Source: Raillietiella orientalis (lineage: Eukaryota). From it: a stretch of 64,000 nucleotides of DNA. How positions within the stretch are numbered: position 1 is the stretch's first letter; each line of letters starts with the position of its first letter. The position numbers and the translations under genes are program-made. The stretch covers positions 3,968,001 to 4,032,000 of the forward strand of contig JAYWIR010000012.1 in assembly GCA_036172245.1 (NCBI GenBank), given 5' to 3'. Below the pieces are notes generated by a model. That model made no database searches, was not told where the DNA came from, and worked only from the letters and a program-made list of their open reading frames with translations. Below, in pieces: positions 48,893 through 60,689 of the stretch.

Positions 48893-50208
48893 ATGACCTC
48901 ATCGGGAAAACAGCGGCAAGCGAACACCTTGAAAAACGTTTTTTCTAAATTAAGCTTCGAAGAATTACAGGAGCTAAAATCAGATTTGGGATCAAAATTG
49001 TTTGAAGAAGCATACTTTTCGAAGAACAAAGGTAACAGACGCATTTCAGCAAGAGAAAATAAAAACAGGTATCCTTTGTCGAAGCAATATTTATAAAGTC
49101 TTTAAGATCTTTCCACATATTTATCACTGAATTCTAATCATATTTATCATTCCTGCATATTTATCACTGAATGAAGGAAAAGTTGATATTTACAATATGA
49201 TTAATTCTTGTACGTATCAGGCCAAGGGAAGAGTCATCAAGACAACCTGCATCCCAGTTCCGAACAGTGGTCGAAGTTCCTACCAATATTAGAAGAGACC
49301 CTAGATTTGGTAACCTCTCTGCAACATATAATCAAGAACGATGGAAGCGTTCATATGGGTTTATTAGAGAAATCAAAGAAAAAGAAAGAAAGGAGTTAAA
49401 AAAGGAGCTCAGGAACGAGCAAGATGCCTTAAGAATTAGGCAGATTAAAATGTTGTTACAAAGAATGGTAAGTTATTAATTTCAGGGTGCATTCTTCATC
49501 ATGTAAGAAATAAATTGATATTAGGAAAACCAACAACTGGAAGAAAAAAAGCGAGAAGAGAAAAAGAAAAGAAGAAGAGATGAAATTGGAATTCAAAAGC
49601 AAAGATTGAAGGATGGTAAAAGACCTCACTTCTTAACAACAGGTAAGTGTGTCGTTTTTCATTTCAATTTTCGGTATTGTACCTTTACTGTTTTTATATA
49701 TTGAAAGTTTATTGAGGTTAGATCTCTTTGCCTCTGCCTTTTTATGCTCATGTGGATTATTCTTCAGTCTTTTGTAAATGTATTAATTTAGATGGATGAA
49801 ATTAAGATTGCTTAGCACTCAGAGCTTCCTATTTTAAGACTTGAAAATGTTGTTCAGCTGCTAACAACTGGCTGATTTAGAACTGGCTGATTTAGTATAG
49901 ACAGATTGAGTACTGTGGGTATTTGTTAACAATAGTATTGGTCGCAATCATGAATTGCATTTCAATGCCTTTTTTTTTTAGTTTTTCATTTAATCAAAAC
50001 TGAGTCATCTCTGAGTTTACCATTTTCAGGTGAAAGGAAGGCTATTGACATTATGGATCAGTATGACAGGATGAAAAACAATGGAAAACTTGTCAAATAC
50101 TTGAAACGAAAGAACAAAAAGAATGCTATGAAGCAGTTAAAATTACTTCAGACTAACAGTGGCCCAAAGCGTCTGAGAGAACATTTTTCTGGTGCTAGTG
50201 AAAGCTGA
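48893..50208 (+). CDS. RRP36: rRNA processing protein RRP36, 4 exons
   Basis: Exons 48893-49068, 49221-49467, 49525-49642, 50030-50208. Motifs LSFEELQELK, ENKNRPREESS, RDPRFGNLS, SYGFIREIKEKE, LLQRMENQ, GKRPHFL, KLVKYLKRKNKKNA. Confidence 0.93.
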
Positions 50209-51454
50209 ACATCATTAAGTCCAGTGTTTTTCTTGAGATGCACTTTGTTTTCCTCATAATCTCAAGATTAATTGAGGTGCTAATGAAGAATTTGTTACTG
50301 GAGTTTTTAGTCCTTTCTTTCATGAAAGGTTACCATGTTAAAATATGAAATTTTGATATTTGCAACTCCTTTTATTAGATGCAAGCACATGTATTTTGTG
50401 TACTAAAATGATTTGAATTAATAAAATAATATTAGGTTCCAAAAATCCCATATAAACCCTAAAATTGATGATATTTGTAATTTTTCTTTATAGGTCAATG
50501 CTTCACATACCTTTGTTTTTTTTGTGTGTTTTTGTTAATTGTTATAGAGGGACGTCTCTATTTGAATAAGTAATTTGCATCATAGTGCTTCAACGTGTTT
50601 TACTGTTGATTATGTTTTTCCCAAAAATACTTCAGATTTCGGTATTTGCTTGACTGCCTGTTTTTTATTGGTTAGTTTTCACTTTTATGAACTCAGTGTG
50701 CATGTTTCTTCAAAGTAATTGCGCATTACTTTCAAACTTTAGAATTCTTTTAAAGCCTTTGAAATGTTTATATTCTGTACACAATTGTTTACCAGAGAAA
50801 CTCTCTGTTGGGTGACTTCCAATCATTTAAATTCAATTCAGAATCCCAAATGTGGAGTGAACTGTATTAACTGAGTACGACGTTCTATTCCCCAATTGTA
50901 CTCTGTGATCACAGTCCAGTTTACTTTGTTTTAATTCGGAACATGGCTGCAATTTGACGTACTCCTTCAATTTGGAGAATGTTGTTGCTCTGTTCATGAC
51001 TGGACAAAGGTATGTCTTCAGTCCGCCAGTAGGACTGGTGTAGTTGTGCTGTGAATTGGTGATTCGACAAGATAATTCGCTGTGAATAAACCGCAACTCT
51101 TGCTGTTAAAAAAAAATATCTTGACTGAATTTGATAAAAAACATTAATATTACGATGAATAAGAAAATTAAGTGAAAAAGAATTCTTTATGACCAACGTC
51201 ATGTACACGTCACTTTGATCTGAGCCAAAAGGCCCCCAACTGTACTTGATGCCCTATAACGATCCCAATTGGCGGAAAATGACCTACACCACGGGCTCGT
51301 ACTGAGGTCATTCTTCGCACAGGATGGGAAGGAAACCGTGGTCAGGAAGTGCTCCGCGGGTGTCGATCCGCGCCGGACAGACGACGACGGTAGCACCCGG
51401 CAGGAATGAGTGGAAAATGTAAATATGGGTATTTCCCTTCAGCTACAGTTCTTC

Positions 51455-52000
51455 AGTAACCTAACGATTGCAACATTCGATGCTGCTCCATTTCAAAAAA
51501 TGTAATAACGCAAGCACGAACGATATCGAATTTCGACAAGCCGTCCACAATCTGGCAGGGAACCACTCCAGCTGAGGATTTCTCAGGTTTTCGTGTGCAA
51601 GGTGGATCACAGCCACATAAAACACTTTCCACCCGTTCATTAAAGTTCCGAAACAAAGTTCAGAAAAAGAATGCGTGGGAAGCGCTTTCATTTTCACCAT
51701 CCCTCAGCCTTTTTTTTTTGGCTTTCTGCAGCAATTTCGTTAAACAGAAATAGTATCGAATAATAGAAAAAGAGCATTTTGGCTGAAGGATTGACACAAC
51801 ACGAGCATTCCCAGGTTTTCATACTCCCTGTATGCTTCCAGTCTGCTCCCATGCTTTCGACGATTTTCAGGATTTATCTCCATCAGCCAAATGAGCGACG
51901 TGCGGATCGTTTTGTCGTAAATCCAGCTTTGGAGTCGGCCACCGCCTTAGGCTGTGAATTTCTTTTGAACCATAGTCTGATAGGAGGTGTGCCACAAGCC
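51455..52000 (-). mobile_element. Decayed RTE-clade retrotransposon RT
   Basis: Ordered remnants KAGFTTKRS (~QxGFrxxRS), ILKIVESMGADWK, CVNPSAKMLFFYYS (~GCvlSPxLFNxYS), SVLCGC, and TFFEMEQHRMLQ (~AFEMwcxRRML, typical of RTE). Confidence 0.6.
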
Positions 52001-53899
52001 CTTGAAAAGTTTCTTTTCACCCCAGCAATTTTTGGGGGGACTCGAAAACAAGAATCTCAAAAGTTATATAGAAAGCCATATGGAGTTTACCATTTTATTC
52101 ATGAGGGTGGCCAAACATTATAGTGGTGACATGTAGTCCTTTTCGTACGACCCCCCCCCCTCTTCGCATGCGCAGTTCCCGAAGCTGCTCCATGCAGCAT
52201 CCAAAGATGTGTGTAAAGCTATGATGGAAAAGATTCGGATCCTACGGACGAGAGCCAAAGCAGCCAACAGAGCGGCAACACTTCCCTACCTCAGTAGAAC
52301 TGTAAGCATCACTGCACCAAGCAATAGAAACGAACTGAGAAAGATTGTGCAAAGCAAACGAGCTTATCGATGCTGTTGAAACAAAAAATAAATTGAAACT
52401 CAGAACGCACCCTAATCTTCACAGATGTGAAAGAAGCTGGATAATCATCATCGCAAATATCAATCCACATGTATTTCTGACATACCTTGCGTCCACTGAC
52501 ATAATCTCATGTACCATGTTTTAATTTTCATGCAATCCCAATCGGCATGCTGGTCTCGACAGTAGATAATTTCCCCAAATGAGTTCATCTGAAGAACATG
52601 AGGTTGGTTGGCTTATATTGAGGAATGCCATAACTCAGAAACTGACTGGCTTCAATTTCTGACCCTCCTAGCAACTATGCCTTTTTTTCTCGAAAACTCT
52701 TGGGAGTTCTTGCCTTAGGGCGTGTACAAAGGAAACTTGAGAATGTCAGCTCACGGATGTTCAGATAGGGATGTTTTAAAAAATATATTTTTTGAATATT
52801 TAGATAACATTATTTTTTAAAAAAAATTATTCATCTGAGGAAATTACAAAAGCAATAATCAGAGACAATACCATCCGCAAGATAAGATTTGACCAACTAC
52901 GAAGACTTTCAACAACTGGTAACCGGAATGGCGTCAGGGTTACCTTCGCGACTCCTTTCCATTCTTTGCAATTGCTGTGCCAAAGATTTATCAACCAACT
53001 TATTGTCATTTCAGATTACTTATATAAACTGTTTTAATTACAAAATGGAATTACGAATTATGAAAAGGAAAGAAAGAAAAAGCTTGTTCATTCCAGTTAG
53101 TGGAGAAATATTCGAGTTAATTGTTCTTCACTAATTACTTTTCACTACTTAAAATTCTTTCCTTGAAAGAAAGGGATTCGGAACGCAACCGGCACGTTGA
53201 TTCCCAGAGGGGCAATCGCCACGGGCACTTAATTGAAGAGCACACATTTTCTCACCACGCAGAAGAACTTTGTAAAAATTCCTGAGCCCCTCCACAATTT
53301 CCCCGACGCGAATAACCAATTGTGTTAGAATATTCTGTCTGTTCCTACAACTGCGCTGGGCTCGACAAAAATTCATATCCGGCAATTCAACTGCCAGGAA
53401 TCCTTGAGAACAGCTATTAGAGTAAACCAATTAACTGGCATAGTTAGAGACGACGGCTGCACGGGTACTCACGAGGAGGCTACAACCCAAACGGAAGTGC
53501 GGAATGGTGGATCCCATCGATGGAAGTGCGGAGCTTGTCGCTAAATAAATCCGTTTTTCTTTATGCTATTGTCATCTGCACAGGGCTGAAAAGCAGCCTT
53601 TAAATTCACTGCATGTCCGAGGCACCGCACATCAGGAGGACTGGGAAGGATCAATAATTATGAGAGTTTACTGCGAGACTGCCTAAGGACGAACATTCGA
53701 GAGACGCTCTCAGAGAGCCGAGTGGGGAACAGATAAGTCTTCAGGAGACAAAACTCAACACTCACAATAAGGCGGGAAGGTAGTTGGAGAGCTTCAGCGA
53801 CCAACAGTGGGCCGCCAACCAGCCTGGAGCATTGCTCGCCTCCTCTTGCGGAGAGAGTTGGGCCAGTGGACGGCATTGGACCGGTGGATCAGAAACGAC

Positions 53900-54600
53900 A
53901 TTGCGGCCATCCGACATCTCCTAAAGACCAGGTTTTCCGGCCGAGTGCAACCCCCCCATCCCGTCCCTCGTATTTACACGCACACCCCTCCGGACATGCG
54001 CTCCGACGCGCACATCGGCGACCTCCTTTCGTCCCCTTCTATGGACGAAGGCTACTTTGCATGCTTATCCTCGCAACAAGCAACCCGAAGTCACCAGGTT
54101 CAAAGGCAACCAGCAGTGCGATCAGCAGCAAACTGATCGAAGAGAGGAACACGATTTCTGCTGCCGGTAGGAAACTTTAAGGTTGCTGAAACCGATAAGC
54201 TCCTACGAAAGGCTTTCCATTGTGGCTTCCCGCTCTTGCACGTGGGACCTGCAGTGAAAGCTGTTCCGGATTCATGCGTTCCCCACGCATCACCGGGGAT
54301 GCTGTTTCCCACCATCTGGAGGCGTAACGTCCACTTCACGATTCTTCGAGTGATTTATGTATGGACAGAGAGGCATCCAGGCTCAGCGGATCCAAGGCAC
54401 GTTTGCGAGCGGGACTTACGAAACGGCTTCGCTGGGTTTGGACCCTGGCAAAAGGTCCCGATAGGGCGGTCGAGCCAACGACAAGACGGATGGAGTCCGA
54501 CGCCGAGACGGGCGATCCTTGGGAAGTGCTTTGCGCGGCGACGTTGGGAATGTTCCAGCAGCAGGATTTCGCATAGGCACGTTGTCAGTCACTTCTGGAC
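53900..54600 (+). mobile_element. Degenerate LINE ORF1 remnant
   Basis: RVQPPHPVPRIYTHTPPDM, then DLRNGFAGFGPWQKVPI (~LxxGxvxiGxWxrvxv), then KCFARRRW (~CFxCqrwGH). Confidence 0.45.
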
Positions 54601-54779
54601 CATGTGAGAGGATGCGAATGGTGCGAGTCGTTGCCGCCTACTCAACCGGGAAACGATGGAAGAGCAGATCAATCTTCAGGAGCCAACGTCCTTCTTTCCG
54701 AACCACTTGCGAGTCCGACTGCCCCACGTCTCCCGCGGTGAAGAGACACTTCTCACCTTCCATTCCCACCACCCTCATA

Positions 54780-54910
54780 GCAGGAAATCAGGAAGCACCC
54801 CTTCGGGTTTCCCTTCAGAGGAGGAAGCGAGGAGCGGTTCCCTTGTGGATTCCCTCCAGAGAAGAAATTCCAGTAGCCTTTCCGGGTTCCCTTCTGAGAA
54901 GAGATGAGGA
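54780..54910 (+). repeat. Dispersed GC-rich repeat family, partial copy
   Basis: GAAATCAGGAAGCACCCCTTCGGGTTTCCCTTCAGAGG matches 28374-28410. Confidence 0.75.
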
Positions 54911-55337
54911 GTGACCCCCTCCCTCTACGAGGTGGTCCCTCCAGAGGGAATAAGGAAGAGTGAGGAAGGAAGGTGCAACGTGTCCCAAAGAAGCAGGCAT
55001 CTGCCAGGCCATCTCTCTCGCTGCAGCTCTGTCCTTCGTATGGACCTCGCGGCTAGGTGAAAGGAGGTTTCCTGCAACACAGAGCGGGACGTTGGGAGCT
55101 CCAAGCGTTGGCTCTCGAGGACTGCTTTGGAGAACAGAACTCTTCGCATCGCTCTGGATGAACTCATGGCCTCCACCATCTTCCTGGAAAAGCTCGGTGC
55201 TGCTTCTGGTGGCCATGCGCGGCTGCATTTTTTGTCGTTTTTCTCTCGTGCCACCAGCACTGATACCACTGTCGCCCGGCAGCGCCAGTACCTTTCCTTT
55301 CCAATAGGGAAAGAGGACGGAAGTGAAACAGGACTCT

Positions 55338-56154
55338 GATCCCACGGGACTTTTCGAGCTCAGGACAGGGGAAACCACAGACTCAGAGCTGCTGCTGCTG
55401 CGTCGAGGGGATTCCATTCCCTTTACCCCCGCGACAGCTCTTCAAGCCGGCAGTGCTCGAATCTAAGCGAATCCGTGGAAGATTCGAGGGCATCCACGAA
55501 GTTCCTGCGCCCCCTCAGCGTGCATCTCCCGGCCTAACCCTCCAGCAGGCGCCTGTGGTTTCCGGATGAAGGAGGTGGTGCCTTATCTCCAAATGGTGAC
55601 CCGACCGTTGCCTTCCGTGTGGGGAGCATTTGGTACACTCGGGACTGCTTCTTCTTTCTGGTCCTCGGCTCTTTCGGTGCCTCGCCTTTCCTTCGGTCTC
55701 GACCCCTGGACTTCACCAATGCGTGCACCCTCCTACGGGAAAGAGGCAGAGAGCCGGCACCGGACAGTCACCATCTTTCCCGTTCCCCTTCGCCCCCCTT
55801 CTTCCCTTTCCCGGGACGGGAGGGTTCAGAGATCGGCAAGCAGAGGCGTTACTCCACGGAGGCGATGGCACTGGAAGGGACTGGCACGTGCTACTCTTGG
55901 GCCGAGTGCTTGAGGGACTCTTCGCACGTGCACCTCATTCGCACGCTCCGGCTGCTGCATTTCCTGAGGAGTGACGTCCTCATGGGGGGGATGTTGGCGG
56001 ACAGCTCCGCTCTTGCCTGAAATGCTTCCTGATGCCCGTCGATGACCGCCGCCGCATCCGATTCGCCGGCACGCTGGTCGCTCCTGGCGACGAGGCGTTG
56101 GCTTTTCTAAAAATAGGCAAGCAAACCAGGGCATCGATCCCACGGGACTTTTCG
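55338..56154 (+). repeat. 19-bp perfect direct repeat flanking ~780 bp
   Basis: GATCCCACGGGACTTTTCG at 55338-55356 and 56136-56154, with weaker similarity just upstream of both. Confidence 0.85.
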
Positions 56155-56769
56155 GGTCCCCGAGGCGGGGGAGGTGGGCTGTGAGGGAACCGAACCGACG
56201 ACCGAGGAGGTCGACTGCGAAGAAGGACATGCAAGGTCAAGGACAGGGGACCATAGGAATGGATAAATAAAAGGGGGAGGGGAAGAGATCGCTGCTTGCA
56301 CACGCTGCGGTGTCGTCTTTCACTCGCGGTGGTACGTGAGGTCATTTCACCGCATCCCTGGCCTGTGGCGAGGCGCCCACAACCTCGAGTCCTCACTGGC
56401 TCGCTCTCCACGCATGTTGGCGAGCAGCGATCTCCCTGGCATCGCGCAGGACTGGGCGAATCGGTGAGGCAGGAGAACGCCCGTCGAACTCCTCGAAGCC
56501 GCTGCTCTCCCGCGGTGGGCGGAGCTGCACCCCTGTCCGTCACCCAGTGGCTCCGGGAAGAGAGCGGCAGCACCACCGTAAGGGGGGAGAGGGGACTGTG
56601 GCCTCGAGGCGCGCGCGAAGGGGTGCGGGGAAGAAGTAGAGTCCTCCTCACGCCCTGTCGAGTGGGCGGTGGCATTGGTCTCTCCGACGCCGAGGGCTTC
56701 CGCATCCCAGTGGTCCGGCAAGCGGCGCAGCGGGAGTGTCCGACTAACCCACCGACGGCATCGAACGAA

Positions 56770-57150
56770 AAGTGACGGACCCCTTCAACCGACTGCACGC
56801 TTACAAGGCGCTGGGGCACACGTGACGTGCGTTCCGGTGCTCCGTCTCCAGGTAGTGCTGCTCGCTCGCTGACCGTCTCTTTCTGGCAGAGCGGAGAGGA
56901 ACGCTGGTGTCGCTCTGCACTCATCGGGTCGTTTGCAGTTCCTTCAGGATGCACATGAGTGTCAGTGTAGCAGCCACTGTTACCGATCCCCTTCGTCAGC
57001 AGTTCAAGCAGGGTCACCTTTGCCATGAGAAAAATCGCCAGCAGGAGCGCCAGAAACCACCTGACGATCGAGGTGACATCCCGAAACGCCGGGTGCAAAT
57101 GGCCTCAAGCCAGGGTATCCCTCAGCAGCAGACTGAAAGCCGAGGAGGAC
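56770..57150 (+). mobile_element. Degenerate triple-CCHC LINE ORF1 C-terminus
   Basis: LHAYKALGHT, VCSS/QDAHECQC, SS/KQGHL/AM, then IEVTSRNAGCKWPQAR. This follows the three-knuckle plus xSYxEAR layout of I/Jockey-type ORF1 if small indels are allowed. Confidence 0.5.
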
Positions 57151-57943
57151 CAGCTGGAGGTGGTCTGTTCGCCTCGCTTCCGGGGGAGGGCCCGCTGCTT
57201 CCCGGGAAACAGCAGCAACCTTCGTAAGGCCTTAGGAACCGGGAATCCGGGACACGAGGGAGCGCCGAGGGAGTCGAAGGCGCTTAGCAATCGCTGAAGA
57301 GAGGGCCCCAGGGGTGGAACGGCACAGCATCAAATGTGCAGCCCCCCTGGAGCACAAGGGGGCAGTTCGCGTCCTCCGGGCCCACCTTCTGCCAGACGCC
57401 GACCGGAGCTGGTGCTCCTCCGGGAAACTGGCCGATGGCTCCGGGAGGTGCTGGGAAGGGGAAAGGGAGGAGTGCGAGCACCATAGCCCGGCCGGCGACG
57501 AGGTCGCGAAAGGGACTGAAGACCCCGTCCCCTCCGCAGAGGTAAGCCGACCATCTCTCGCGTTAAAGTCCCGGGTTCCCTCCACGCCCCGGCGCCCCTG
57601 GCCGATCCATGAGTGTGCGCTGGAAACTCTGGACGGGTCGGCGCCCGTAACGGGAGAGCCTCCGGAAATCGGAGAGGGCCGAAGAGAAAGGAAAGACGGC
57701 TCGAAACTCCTCATCCGCTGGCGCCCCTCTGCTCGCACGGCTAAACGTCAGTCGGATTCGGCGATCGGCGCGTCCTCTGCCGTTGAGGAGCGCGCGCGAC
57801 TTCGCCTGCAGCGAGCGACCTCCGTCGCGTACGCATTGCCCGCGGCCCTTCCCGCGTCAACCCGCCGCGCTCGGCGGGCGTCGGGTCGCCAGGGCACACG
57901 AGCAAGGCCGCGAAGGCGACCTCCAGGAGCAGCGGCAGCATCA

Positions 57944-59945
57944 TTTGGATCGCCGTTCCCGAGGGCTTCCTCCGGACCCACCGGGACGCCCCGGAGACGC
58001 CCGAGCGCGCGCGCGCGCGCTCGGGAAGCGGTGCGCCGCCCGCAGCACCGGGATGCTCCGCGATCCCCTTGCCCCCCCTCTCCCCCTCCCACTTTCTCCG
58101 CTGCATCGCGCCCACCGGCGGCTGCGTGTGGTGCGCTCCCGTGCCGATCCATCACGAAAGATCTTAAAAATACATGCAGGCGCTCGTAGTATGTACAAAT
58201 TTATGTATGGGTTCGTGTTTACATAAATACATATTATAAAGATTAGAATATGTGCCTTCTAGGTATATTGATATATATTTATAAATATATTAATATACAT
58301 TTTTATTAATATCTATTAACATGCATATTATTGAGATTATTCTTAACTTGTATATATATACAGATAAATGTACTTAAAGATTAATAGATAGTCCAATATA
58401 TATTATGATCATAAGTCAAGTATACACATGCCTTTTGGGTTTATTGATATGCATTTATAAACAGATGAATATAGGAATTAATTTCAGTATACAAGTTGAT
58501 AAATATTTATTAACGTGCTTGTTATTACTATAATTTCAAGTACGTTTATTATATATTAATGCATATTTCTATGTAGAGTAATGTATATTATAAAGATTAT
58601 AAATATACATGTTTCTTATACATATTAATATGTATGTTTATATATAAATTAATATATAGAATTATGGACATTATTAAGAGAATAATATATGTATATACGT
58701 TCTTATTATAGATATTACTATCATTAATATGTTCATTATATATATTCATATATAGATAGATAGATATTATAAAGGTTAGACAAGTTAATACACGTGTTCA
58801 TAATATGTATTCATATATAGATAAACACATATTATAAAGTTTGGAAAAATAGTATGCTCATTATATACATTAATATGTATATTGGTATATAAAGTGATGT
58901 ATTGATTAATATATAGATCAATACATATTGTAAAGATAAAAAAATATATGCCTTTTATAAGTAGATTAATACACAAATTCATTTTAACACATATGATTAG
59001 CAGAATACAATATACATTATTAATGATTTATATAATATACATTTATTGTTGTAATAAACGTATGTGAAATGGATATATTAATGTCGAATTAGGAGCATGT
59101 ATACACACATGTACAGATTGCACGATCAAAATGCCGAAAACACCCTTCGTCGTTTCCTGAGGAATTTTCACCTTTGAAGTGTTATGTTGAAGTGATGGGA
59201 AAAACGACATACAAAATTTCCTTTTCGTCCTTTTCATTTCGTTGATTATTTTTTCCCACTGCTTCTGATTTTGCCATTATTTTGATTTCCTATAATGCGA
59301 CATTGTATATTCATTTAATATACACATAATTTGTATGCATATTAAATGAATATGAATGGCGTAAAGATTAGAAAAAATAAAAATGTATGGATAGATTCCA
59401 GATTAATGTATGTATTCAATGTATACATATATAATCTATCCCTATATATTAATGTACATAATAAACATATGTATCCATTTTTGTAATCTTAATATATATT
59501 CATCCATCTATTAATCTCTTTCCCTACATGTTAATCTCTATGTATTTATATGTGAATATGTCTAAAAAACGTATTACAAATAATCTTCATAATATGCATG
59601 TTAATAAATATTAACAAATACGTGTGTTAAAACAAATTCGCATATTAATCTATACATAAATGTATATCTTAATATACATACTAATCATACATTTTTATAT
59701 TCTATGATGTTCATAATATGTAGCAATCCATGCATTAATCTATACATACGTTAATGTACACAATTAACGTGTGCATTTATTTTGAAGACGTTTCGTGATT
59801 TCGAACGCATGGCGGAGGACGCGCGTCGCGGGCGGCGGCCGCCACGAGGCGCTTCCGAGGCAACGATCGCTTCACTTTCCCACCCCGGGCGTACCCGGGT
59901 GGCAACCCCGGCGTGCCCGGACGAGAGGGAGCGCCGATTACAAAA
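57944..59945. mobile_element. Foldback-like element with long imperfect inverted arms and an AT-rich, internally repetitive interior
   Basis: 58151 ATCACGAAAGATCTTAAAAATACATGCA versus the reverse complement from 59799, ATCACGAAACGTCTTCAAAATAAATGCA. Inverted similarity continues inward (TTAATATYTATTAACATGCATATTAT) and outward into GC-rich DNA (57944-58005 versus 59885-59945). No transposase ORF. Confidence 0.75.
58000..58025. repeat. Perfect 26-bp palindrome with (GC)8 core
   Basis: CCCGA(GC)8TCGGG. Confidence 0.95.
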
Positions 59946-59972
59946 ATAAAATAAAATAAAATAAAATAAAAA
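59942..59972 (+). repeat. (TAAAA)n microsatellite
   Basis: About five TAAAA units directly abutting the right foldback arm. Confidence 0.95.
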
Positions 59973-60689
59973 CGGGCGAACAATGAAAAAGGGTCGAACC
60001 CGTGCCGACAAGAGAGGAAAGGGGTCCGAATCCCATTGGGGACAGAACTGGGGAGGAAACTGGCGGGCTGCGGAAGGAGGGAGGGTCAATAAATGAACAA
60101 AGAAATGGGACCGGGGAACAGGGCCGCCCTCGAGATGATGAGCATGATTCCTGTGACGGCCTGCGTCGGGAAGGGGAGGATGGGGCGCTACCCACCGTCG
60201 GCGCCCCACTTTGTCCGCGATTGCCCCGGGCCTTTCTTTTATTGCGCATTCCAATTGGAGCCCTTCCGCCGCCCTTGCGCGGCGGAAGGGCTCCCTCGGG
60301 CGAAGGGCTATGCCCTTCGTTCCTCTCGGCAGCCCTCGCCGCCGCTCGCCTCCTCCTCCTCGCACACGGGCGAGGAGGAGGAGGCGCTGCCAGATAGCCG
60401 GAAGTGGCGAGCGGTCTTCCGGAATAGGTCCCGGAAGGAGGGGAGTCCCCTCGGCCTGCTGCAATCCCCACTGCGGTACGCCGCCAGCTCCGTCCACCGC
60501 TGGCGGAAGCATTCCAAAGACGCACGCGAAAGAGTCGGCGGCATTGCTGCTGCTGCATAGCCCCGGGTTAAGACATGAACCGAGCGTCTCCCCGGTAACA
60601 TGGCGGAGCCCTCACTGGCGGATGAGGGGGAGGGAGGGAGGAGGGGCGTTCGCCATGAGCCGAAGAACCGTCCGCCTCCTTACGGGGGG

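Noticed and set aside
49790..49890. Intronic C/D snoRNA in RRP36 intron 3
   Set aside because: Only an imperfect C box (TGGATGA) and chance CTGA motifs; no terminal stem or recognisable rRNA guide.
58151..59799. CRISPR array or mitochondrial control-region insertion
   Set aside because: Repeats are degenerate, without constant repeat-spacer periodicity; no flanking mitochondrial genes; the inverted-arm structure explains it better.
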